From the NCBI GenBank assembly GCA_016839365.1, contig JAEOUH010000092.1:1-15212 (forward strand): a stretch of 15,212 bases of DNA. The letters run 5' to 3'. This DNA is from Candidatus Hermodarchaeota archaeon. GTDB lineage: Archaea; Asgardarchaeota; Hermodarchaeia; Hermodarchaeales; Hermodarchaeaceae. Below, in pieces: positions 6,692 through 14,048 of this stretch. Each line of letters begins with the position of its first letter. Position 1 is the stretch's first letter. A program made the translations under genes and the position numbers. The notes below the pieces were generated by a model. The model saw only the letters and a program-made list of their open reading frames with translations. It was not told the origin of the DNA and made no database searches.

Positions 6692-7411
6692 GTGAAACTT
6701 CAAGGACCCTTTCATTACGGAAATTTTCTCGAACGTCCCAATCGATTTCTCACTATCTGCCAACTCAACCGAAAACGTGTTCAAGCTTACATCCCCAATC
6801 CAGGGCCTATGCCTGATTTACTCTTTCCTGGGGTCGAGGTCCTTCTTCGACACAACCCTGGTGTTCACAGGAAAACAGATTACGATTTGGTCTGTTCCCG
6901 TAGCCAAGGGGTTCTGCTCTCTCTCGATTCCCGTGTTCCCAACTGGATTCTAGCCGAAGCGCTTCCAAAAGGTCAACTACCCCCGTTTTTACAGTATAGT
7001 GAATTCATCGCTGAACCCCAATACCGTGAGAGCCGTCTCGACTTTCTTCTACACTCAGAGGGTGTCTCCTCATGCTATATTGAAGCAAAATCCTCGACTG
7101 ACGCTGTGGACAAAATCGGTTTATTTCCCCGTGTTCCAACCGAACGTGGACAACGACATCTTCGGGAGCTGATGCAAGCCGTTGATGAGGGGTATCGCGC
7201 AGCCATTGTATTCATTGTTCAGCGCACTGATGCTACTAGGCTGCGACCGAATGACCTTGTCGATCCGGAGTTTGGAACAATCTTACGCAAAGCCGTCAAG
7301 CATGGTGTTGAAGCCTACGCGTGGACTACACGCTTTGACGAATTAAGTCACGAGATCGTCATTGATCAGTCCATTCCCGTCGACCTGACTCCGCCCAGCC
7401 ATGCAGACTAG
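6692..7411 (+). CDS. sfsA: Sugar fermentation stimulation protein A (SfsA; OB-fold plus PD-(D/E)xK nuclease)
   Basis: FLERPNRF, IPNPG.M..LL.PG, RKTDYDL, SRLDFLL, YIEAKS, FP..PTERGQRHLREL, FIVQR, DPEF. Start set at GTG 6692 with AGGAG at 6679-6683; ORF-track ATG is 6623. Confidence 0.92.
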   Translation: MKLQGPFHYGNFLERPNRFLTICQLNRKRVQAYIPNPGPMPDLLFPGVEVLLRHNPGVHRKTDYDLVCSRSQGVLLSLDSRVPNWILAEALPKGQLPPFLQYSEFIAEPQYRESRLDFLLHSEGVSSCYIEAKSSTDAVDKIGLFPRVPTERGQRHLRELMQAVDEGYRAAIVFIVQRTDATRLRPNDLVDPEFGTILRKAVKHGVEAYAWTTRFDELSHEIVIDQSIPVDLTPPSHAD

Positions 7412-8482
7412 CTAGCTGAATTGTCCATATTTTTCAGCTGCTGCTACCATAGCCCGGATATTGTTAAGAGGAGTTAACGGTGGCACCTCACAACCGCTAC
7501 TCAGGATAAAACGCCCATCTTGACCGACTGTTTCAATGCACCACTTTGCAGCGGCTTCCACCTCAGCTGGTGTTCCATTCAAGAGAAGTTCGGTTGGATT
7601 TAGGTTTCCCATTAAAATCACCTGTTGCCCGATGTGCTCTTGAGCCTCTTGCATATCCACAAGATGATCGAGTTCCAATATTTGTACCTCTGTGCTTGCC
7701 ATCTGGTCTAATATCATAGCTGTTTTTCCGCAAATATGCAGTGAAGCAATACTTCCTACCCGGGTAACTGCCTTAGCGATTTGAGTAAGATGAGGGGCTG
7801 CAAAGGTGGCAAATGTCTTTGGGCTGATGAGGCTACCGCTTGCCGTAGGATCTGCTGTTACAATGACATTAACACCTGCTTCAACGTTGGCTAGAGCATA
7901 CCGCATGGACGCTTTAGTGGTCAGACTGAGGAGGGTGCTAACAAATTCGGGGTTGCGAATCGTTGCTACCATTAAAGCATTGACACCTGCAAGCTGCCCA
8001 GCCAAGGTGAAAGGGCCGGGCGTATAGGCAAAGAGCGGCACGTCACAATTGACCGCATCTTTCACAAGTTTCACCATTTCCATGTGGAGAGGTAAACGCC
8101 CGGAGCTATGGGGATCTGGTATCGCCACCTTATCGATATCGTTTGGGGACTTGACGATATGATCCGCCACTTGTGGAACTGAATCTTTGGGGAACCGCAT
8201 CGTACATCCCATCGCCTCGGCTAACAAATTAAACGAACTTTCCCATCCCACATAGATGGCGTCATATCCGAGTTCACGTTGCCCAGCCAAAAGCGCTTCT
8301 GCAGTCTTTTCAGGGCTATGGAGGGCTTCCACTAAGCCAACTCCAGTTATCTGCGCGGTCGTATAGGTGATTTGTGGAATAACGGGAACGCGATCTGGCT
8401 GCTCTCCACGAAGTAGGCTCATAACACGTTGAAAGGGAGTAAGTGAAGGCATTTGTTCGCTTCCACAGTTTTTTGATTCCAT
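7412..8482 (-). CDS. MtaA/CmuA-family methylcobamide:thiol methyltransferase (UROD superfamily)
   Basis: LTPFQRV..LLRGEQPDRVPV start, EAMGC, PGPFTLA, DPTASGSLISP, zinc ligands LHICG and SSGCEVP, GNLNP. Start may be the ATG at 8452. Confidence 0.85.
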   Translation of the reverse strand: MESKNCGSEQMPSLTPFQRVMSLLRGEQPDRVPVIPQITYTTAQITGVGLVEALHSPEKTAEALLAGQRELGYDAIYVGWESSFNLLAEAMGCTMRFPKDSVPQVADHIVKSPNDIDKVAIPDPHSSGRLPLHMEMVKLVKDAVNCDVPLFAYTPGPFTLAGQLAGVNALMVATIRNPEFVSTLLSLTTKASMRYALANVEAGVNVIVTADPTASGSLISPKTFATFAAPHLTQIAKAVTRVGSIASLHICGKTAMILDQMASTEVQILELDHLVDMQEAQEHIGQQVILMGNLNPTELLLNGTPAEVEAAAKWCIETVGQDGRFILSSGCEVPPLTPLNNIRAMVAAAEKYGQFS

Positions 8483-8569
8483 CTAGGTATCTTGAGTTCA
8501 TACTAGCTTTTGCTTGTTTATTTTCGTTTGCTACAGGTGGAAAAAACCATCCATGCCTAAGGCAGCATC

Positions 8570-8576
8570 TTTAAAT
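8570..8576 (+). promoter_or_regulatory. Putative TATA box upstream of tfb
   Basis: TTTAAAT in the divergent intergenic region between the methyltransferase gene and tfb. Confidence 0.35.
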
Positions 8577-8656
8577 GACAAATATCCACAGTTTGGGTGG
8601 GGAATGTGTCTTCCCCCACGCGCGTGCCGGATAGGCTGGGTTCGGATCCGATACCT

Positions 8657-9613
8657 ATGTCTGAAAACAATCGACGGAAGGCTCAACCAGATACAACTCC
8701 TTCAGAGGACGAACCACAAACCTGTCCCAACTGTGGAAGCAATCACCTTATTATGACATCCTCGCGTGAACTTGTCTGCTCCAATTGTGGTCTCGTAATT
8801 AGCGATGATGTCCTCGATTTTGGAGCCGAATGGCGTGAATTCTCGCCCGAAGAACGTGATAAACGAGCCCGTGCTGGACCTCCCTCTACGCTCACAATGC
8901 ACGACCGTGGACTCTCCACAACCATCGATTGGCGAGATGTGGATGCACGAGGACATAAACTCGATGCCCATCGGCGAGCGGAAATGCAACGTATCCGTAA
9001 ATGGCACAACCGCAGCCGCGTCTACCAAGCCAGTGAACGGAACCTCGCAAGTGCCATGAGTGAACTTGACCGCTTATCGGGGCAATTGGACCTGCCCCAA
9101 CGAGTCCGACAGTCAGCTGCTCTTCTTTATCGACGAGCCCTAGATAAGAATCTCATTCGTGGACGCAGCATTGAAGCTATTGTTGCGGCGTGTGTCTATG
9201 CTGCCTGTCGTTTCACCAGCTTCCCTCGAACCCTAGCCGATGTCGGACGATATACACGGGTTGGACGAAAGGAACTGGGTAGATCATATCGACTCATTGT
9301 CCGACGACTGGGCCTCCAAATGCCAATCACCCAACCTGAGGATTTCGTTTCACGCTATACCAATGCCCTCAAACTCTCCCAACGCACCCATGCCCGAGCC
9401 CTTGATATTCTCATGAAAGCTCGGACCAAGGGCATCACCTCAGGCAAGGACCCCACTTGCATCGCCGCCGCAGCCATTTATATTGCCTCGATTCTGGAAG
9501 GTGAACGCCGAACCCAACGTGAAATTAGCGAAGTCGCTGGAGTCACCGAAGTCACCGTGCGGAACAGGTACAAAGAACTTGTTCGGGCTTTTGATCTTGG
9601 GGTCGAAGTTTAG
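8657..9613 (+). CDS. tfb: Transcription initiation factor IIB (TFB)
   Basis: Zn ribbon CPNCG...VCSNCGLV, B-reader EWREF...RARAGPP, HDRGLST.I, ERNL, LIRGRSIEA, PRTL, RRTQREISEVAGVTEVTVRNRYKEL. Start uncertain (ATG 8657 or GTG 8597). Confidence 0.96.
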   Translation: MSENNRRKAQPDTTPSEDEPQTCPNCGSNHLIMTSSRELVCSNCGLVISDDVLDFGAEWREFSPEERDKRARAGPPSTLTMHDRGLSTTIDWRDVDARGHKLDAHRRAEMQRIRKWHNRSRVYQASERNLASAMSELDRLSGQLDLPQRVRQSAALLYRRALDKNLIRGRSIEAIVAACVYAACRFTSFPRTLADVGRYTRVGRKELGRSYRLIVRRLGLQMPITQPEDFVSRYTNALKLSQRTHARALDILMKARTKGITSGKDPTCIAAAAIYIASILEGERRTQREISEVAGVTEVTVRNRYKELVRAFDLGVEV

Positions 9614-9747
9614 ATTCACGCAAACCGAGTTTCCTAATCATTCAGTCTAGACAAAGCTACTTAAAGTCACATTCCTGAGTGTATGGAAGGTTTCCAGCTG
9701 AGGCGTTTTAATGCCTTAAGCTAGTTTTACATTTGGAAGCGGTCATT

Positions 9748-11712
9748 GTGAAACGATTATCATTACTATCCGGGCTTTTCTGCATGGCGGTCATCTTTGC
9801 CCTTCTTAGCAATCCCGTTACCGCTGAAGCAATCTCCGGTTCAACGAATATCAATAAAACAGTCCACTCAACTTCGATATTAACAACCACTCCTCAACGA
9901 AATCCCGTTCCAATACTCGCACCACCATCTCCTGCAGGAGAATATGTTGTAATTATCGTAGAGACTGGGCTGTGGGGTTTGACGGCAATTCAGAATGCCG
10001 TGAATACCTATCGAATGGACTTAAACAATACCGGATATAACACAATCCTCTATACTAGCACCATTGCCAACGCCCCTGCGCTACGTACATTGTTGCAAAA
10101 CTGGTTCTCGACAAATAACATCATTGGTGCAGTGCTCATCGGCAACCTCCCCTATATCCGGTTCTATCATCCAGCGAACACCTCTGGTCAAAGTGGCGGT
10201 CAAGGTACATATGGGGCTGATACCTTCGTATGTGATCTTTATTATATGGACCTAGATGGTAATTGGTTCGATACAAATACCGACACCATCTATGATGTCC
10301 ACAACGCATCTTCAGGGGCTGATATTTTTCCTGAAATCTACGTTGGTCGTATTGATGCCACCAACCGTGTATTAGGAAGTCAAACCAACGCCAATGATAT
10401 TATCACTGTACTTAACAGAATCCACTCCTATCGGGTTGGTGGTGTGGCACGGACGCATCGAGCGCTAACCTACATAGATGACGATTGGCAATTATGGGCT
10501 GATGGGACATATGATAATTGGCCTGCTTGGCTCAATAATGCCTATCCGACTCGTACTGATGTCCATACCCCCGCAACTTGGACTAATGCCACCGATTGGC
10601 TCAATAATCGGATAAACCAAGACTATGAATGGGCTCATCTTTGTGCCCATAGTGGAGCCTCTCCTGGTACTCACTATTTCGGTCCAGGGGGCTCAGGTGA
10701 AGGCACAGTCACGTCCACACAAATCCACAACCAAGTTCCCACTTTTAACTTCTATAACCTCTTTTGTTGCCATGGGGCTGATTGGATTACCACCGACGAC
10801 CTGGCCACCACCTACCTGTTTTCTGGTAGTCATTCACTTGCTGTCGTTGGAACGACCAAAACCGGAGGAATGCTAGAAGGATCAAGCTTCTATAATGCGC
10901 TAGGTCAGAATGAAACGCTTGGAAAAGCCTTAGGGACTTGGTTCCAAGGCATTAAAAGCTACGCGTATTATTGGCTTGAATGGTTCTATGGCATGACAAT
11001 CCTGGGAGATCCGTTCCTCACCACCCACTATGATATCACCGCACTTGCTCCTACAATTTCCTCCTCGACACATCCAACTCAATCCCAGTGGTCAACTAAT
11101 CCAACCCCTCAATTCAACTGGACCATCCCCGTTGATGTGAACGGTATTGCAGGTTACTATTATATCATTGACCAAAATCCGACCACCATCCCTACTGCTG
11201 CAACAGGGACCTATACAACAATTAACGGAACCCTCTCCTCAACGCCTTTAGCTGATGGAACTTGGTATCTCCACGTTGTTAGCAAAGATAATGTTGGCAA
11301 TGTTGGATCGGAAGCCGCACATTATCAAGTAAACGTCGATGCAACAAATCCAACTGTCACCATCACGTCACCTACTACTGGTAGTTTTGTTTCAACCACA
11401 TTTGATCTTGTCTGGACAGTTACTGAAACTGGTTCTGGTTATAGTACAGCTGACATCTATGTGAACACTTCACTATTCACAACCATCAGTGCACCTCTCT
11501 CCAACACCACCATCACTGATCTCATAACAGGCACATACGTGATCAATGTCACGGTCTTCGACGTTTCAGGGCTCAGTGGGTCACATCAAATCACTGTCAT
11601 CGTCTTACCTCTCCTACCGCCAGGAATTCCGGGATTCCCATTTGAGGCAATTGCATTAGGAGCCATCCTTGCGGTCAGCCTTGGGGTCTTATATAGACGA
11701 CGTCGACGCTAG
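9748..11712 (+). CDS. Secreted, membrane-anchored peptidase C25 (gingipain)-like protein with Ig-like domains
   Basis: Signal peptide (KRLSLLSGLFCMAVIFALLSNPVTA); C25-like motifs VLIGNLP, DLYYMDLDGNW, PEIYVGRI, candidate dyad CAHS / LFCCH, AVVGTT, ILGDP; Thr-rich beta-sandwich region (LADGTWYLHV..KDNVGN; D.TNPTVTITSP); C-terminal IPGF-TM-RRRRR. Start GTG 9748 or TTG 9733. Confidence 0.75.
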   Translation: MKRLSLLSGLFCMAVIFALLSNPVTAEAISGSTNINKTVHSTSILTTTPQRNPVPILAPPSPAGEYVVIIVETGLWGLTAIQNAVNTYRMDLNNTGYNTILYTSTIANAPALRTLLQNWFSTNNIIGAVLIGNLPYIRFYHPANTSGQSGGQGTYGADTFVCDLYYMDLDGNWFDTNTDTIYDVHNASSGADIFPEIYVGRIDATNRVLGSQTNANDIITVLNRIHSYRVGGVARTHRALTYIDDDWQLWADGTYDNWPAWLNNAYPTRTDVHTPATWTNATDWLNNRINQDYEWAHLCAHSGASPGTHYFGPGGSGEGTVTSTQIHNQVPTFNFYNLFCCHGADWITTDDLATTYLFSGSHSLAVVGTTKTGGMLEGSSFYNALGQNETLGKALGTWFQGIKSYAYYWLEWFYGMTILGDPFLTTHYDITALAPTISSSTHPTQSQWSTNPTPQFNWTIPVDVNGIAGYYYIIDQNPTTIPTAATGTYTTINGTLSSTPLADGTWYLHVVSKDNVGNVGSEAAHYQVNVDATNPTVTITSPTTGSFVSTTFDLVWTVTETGSGYSTADIYVNTSLFTTISAPLSNTTITDLITGTYVINVTVFDVSGLSGSHQITVIVLPLLPPGIPGFPFEAIALGAILAVSLGVLYRRRRR

Positions 11713-11725
11713 AAAAACACAATCT

Positions 11726-11759
11726 GGACGCGTTACAGCGTCCCCCTCTTTCCTTTTTT
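11726..11759 (+). terminator. Hairpin plus T-tract terminator between convergent genes
   Basis: GGACGC(11726-11731)-GTTACA-GCGTCC(11738-11743) stem-loop followed by CCCTCTTTCCTTTTTT. Confidence 0.55.
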
Positions 11760-12534
11760 AACGCTTCACCGAGTTATTGAGTGTCACTTCACATCGCTTG
11801 AAAAGCTGATCGATGTTCTGGGCAAATAGGTGGCTTGGACTCACCTGGACCAGGATTTGCCGGCTTCCCAACTCGATTAACCGGGTAAAGAGGGGCACGA
11901 CCGTGGCCACTTCAAAGCCATACTCTTGCTCGATGTCTTTTTTCACTTTATCAAAATCATAAATGCCAGGAACTTTATTGCATACGATATAAGTGGACGG
12001 TACCCCAAGTTTCCTCGCCAAGGCTAGGGTAATTGCTGTACCCAGAAAGTCCTGTTGGTCAAGACGCATGATAACAAACAACAAGTCTGTCGTAGCAATG
12101 GACAGGAGGGTTTCTTGATCTAATCCTGGATGTGTGTCAATGAAGAGATAATCCAGTTGCTTTGCCTGCATAATTTGCTTAAAGCCTTGACGAAGGTCTG
12201 CCACCTCATAGCCTTCGCGAATAATGGTGGATATATCATCGGCGTTGAGACTCGCTGGAATGATGTGCAAGTTACCAGCCTTCAGTCTCATAGCTTTGGT
12301 GTGGTCGATAGTAGCTTTTTCGATGGTGCACTTCTTTCGGAGATAGTCATTCAGAGTATATTTGAACCGTTCTCCGCCTAAACCAAAGAGGACGTGTAAT
12401 CCAGGGCTTTGAATATCTGTGTCCATCACGCCGATGTTTCGACCTTTCATTGCCGCGTAGGTGGCAAGATTGGCTGTCAGATTGCTTTTTCCGGTACCCC
12501 CTCTGAAGCTGTGAACGGTGACAATTTTACCCAT
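11758..12534 (-). CDS. MinD/ParA-family ATPase (RGGTGKS subtype)
   Basis: IVTVHSFRGGTGKS deviant Walker A, MDTDIQSPGL (A'), HIIPAS, LFIDTHPGL (Walker B), VCNKVP, VVP. Confidence 0.9.
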   Translation of the reverse strand: MGKIVTVHSFRGGTGKSNLTANLATYAAMKGRNIGVMDTDIQSPGLHVLFGLGGERFKYTLNDYLRKKCTIEKATIDHTKAMRLKAGNLHIIPASLNADDISTIIREGYEVADLRQGFKQIMQAKQLDYLFIDTHPGLDQETLLSIATTDLLFVIMRLDQQDFLGTAITLALARKLGVPSTYIVCNKVPGIYDFDKVKKDIEQEYGFEVATVVPLFTRLIELGSRQILVQVSPSHLFAQNIDQLFKRCEVTLNNSVKR

Positions 12535-12633
12535 TACAGTATCCGCCTTAGTATTGACATCCCTGTAGTTCTCGGAATCGGATTCTTTAGTTCTTGATTC
12601 GAGGTTAGAATTTTGCGTTATTAAAGCATTGGT

Positions 12634-13902
12634 TTAAGTCAACCATTCGATGTTTGCCCCCAGTTTTCGCAACACCGCGATAAGCTTCTCTTCGTCCACA
12701 CCAATGCGTCGGGCGATATCACTTGAGGTATTGTTCCCATCACAATAGGATTTGGCGTCTTCTAAGATTTTGTATTCATCACGGGGGAGTCCAACGGTTT
12801 CCAGATAGGCGAGGAACCTCCGGTCGCTGGCGACAAGTTTCGGGTAAAATTGAACTCGTCGGATGTATCCCCGTGTAGAGAGGTAGCTGAGAATTTCCGA
12901 TAATTGCCGTCCATGGACTCCGGTTCGAATCCGAATTTCTTCCACCGTTGAGATCCCGTCAACAGCTTGAAGGACATCACGGCCTGCTTTGCCAAATAAA
13001 TTATCAAATTCTCGGGCTTGTCCTGTGCTTTCAGCAAAGAGGGTACTTTCCATCATGGGATTAGAAGCGAAGACATCAAATTCTGAGAAGGTTTCAGTAA
13101 TTAATGTTTTAGGCTGAACTTTTACCATACTCGAATAGTCAATATTGCTAAGACCATAAACTAGCGGTGATATCATTTCTGCACATCGACCGACCTTCAT
13201 ATCTTCACGGATTATCACCAGCAAAACCAAATCTGGTTTAAGGTGATGAACGAAGAGTTTAGTGCCTTCTTCCAGAGTAGTTTGAGATACAGCAAAATAA
13301 CTTGGCAGCTCCATGTTTCGGGATTGATGGATTTGGCGTGAACCAACTTCAAACTCGTGTTGTGATAACTTTGAGGCAATTACAAATCCATCCTGAGTAA
13401 GCAATGCAGCTCGCAAAATGCCACGTTGTCCCTCAATAATATTGAGTAGTTCTTCGATTCGCTCAAGGTTTTCAGGAGGAATAATCGCTGTGGGATAGCG
13501 TTGCTGGATTTCGGGTATCTTATCATATTTTTTTAGAATCTCCATGACATATTCGCGGAATCCAATAAACAGGTGAGATGAAAGGACTGATTGCTGTAAA
13601 ACATGACCATATTGCTTTTCAAAAGCTTGGGCAATTTCTTTGATGATTAATCGGTAGATGTTCTCATCATCAGCTTCACCAATCGCAATGATGAAAAGCA
13701 GATCCGCCTGGCTCTCATAAACAAACTTGTTCTCAGCGAAGGTGACGACCCTTATCTGCCCTTCACCAATTTCTTCAGCAAATCCTGCCTGTGCTGAAAG
13801 AAAGCCTGCGACGAGGGCATCAAGCTTCGGAGCTCCATCGGGAGCAAAATTAAACAAGGGCATACCGCCCTTCCGAAGAACAATAATCTCTCTAACAGGC
13901 AA
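12634..13902 (-). CDS. Multidomain longin + roadblock-like + tandem winged-helix protein
   Basis: SD GGTGA (13909-13913) 6 nt before TTG. Approx. aa 1-125 longin (IIVLRKGGMPLF...LVAGFLSA..FAEEI...KFVY...LLFIIAI); approx. aa 145-250 roadblock-like (GILRAALLTQDGFVIAS...DLVLLVII); two C-terminal wHTH-like units (VLQAVDGISTVEEI...LSYLSTRGYI; YCDGNNTSSDIARRIG). Confidence 0.75.
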   Translation of the reverse strand: MPVREIIVLRKGGMPLFNFAPDGAPKLDALVAGFLSAQAGFAEEIGEGQIRVVTFAENKFVYESQADLLFIIAIGEADDENIYRLIIKEIAQAFEKQYGHVLQQSVLSSHLFIGFREYVMEILKKYDKIPEIQQRYPTAIIPPENLERIEELLNIIEGQRGILRAALLTQDGFVIASKLSQHEFEVGSRQIHQSRNMELPSYFAVSQTTLEEGTKLFVHHLKPDLVLLVIIREDMKVGRCAEMISPLVYGLSNIDYSSMVKVQPKTLITETFSEFDVFASNPMMESTLFAESTGQAREFDNLFGKAGRDVLQAVDGISTVEEIRIRTGVHGRQLSEILSYLSTRGYIRRVQFYPKLVASDRRFLAYLETVGLPRDEYKILEDAKSYCDGNNTSSDIARRIGVDEEKLIAVLRKLGANIEWLT

Positions 13903-13985
13903 AGGGTGTCACCAGGAATTAACCATTAGTAAAACCGCGCGTTGATTAACCTTTGTATTGTTAAAATCACTTCTCCATTGAAACC

Positions 13986-13993
13986 CTTATAAT
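13986..13993 (+). promoter_or_regulatory. Putative TATA box in the divergent region upstream of the MFS-like gene
   Basis: CTTATAAT about 55 nt upstream of the ATG at 14049. Confidence 0.35.
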
Positions 13994-14048
13994 CCCTTCC
14001 CACTATTGTTCACCCCCATCTTGTATTGCATCTGTGGAGAACAATGCG

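Noticed and set aside
6692-7411. sfsA nuclease fold as a Cas4-like, defence or mobile-element gene
   Set aside because: Motifs are typical SfsA, and I saw no repeats, cas genes, methylase, integrase or terminal repeats nearby.
7412-8482. Uroporphyrinogen decarboxylase HemE
   Set aside because: It lacks the HemE RQAGR motif and has the H-x-C...C zinc ligands of MtaA/CmuA methyltransferases, next to a corrinoid protein cluster.
8657-9613. TFB as an unusual or degenerate paralog
   Set aside because: All canonical elements are present; paralog status cannot be judged from this window.
11695-11710. Palindromic CGACGTCG / CGTCGACG sequence
   Set aside because: Explained by consecutive CGA/CGT Arg codons in the basic C-terminal tail.
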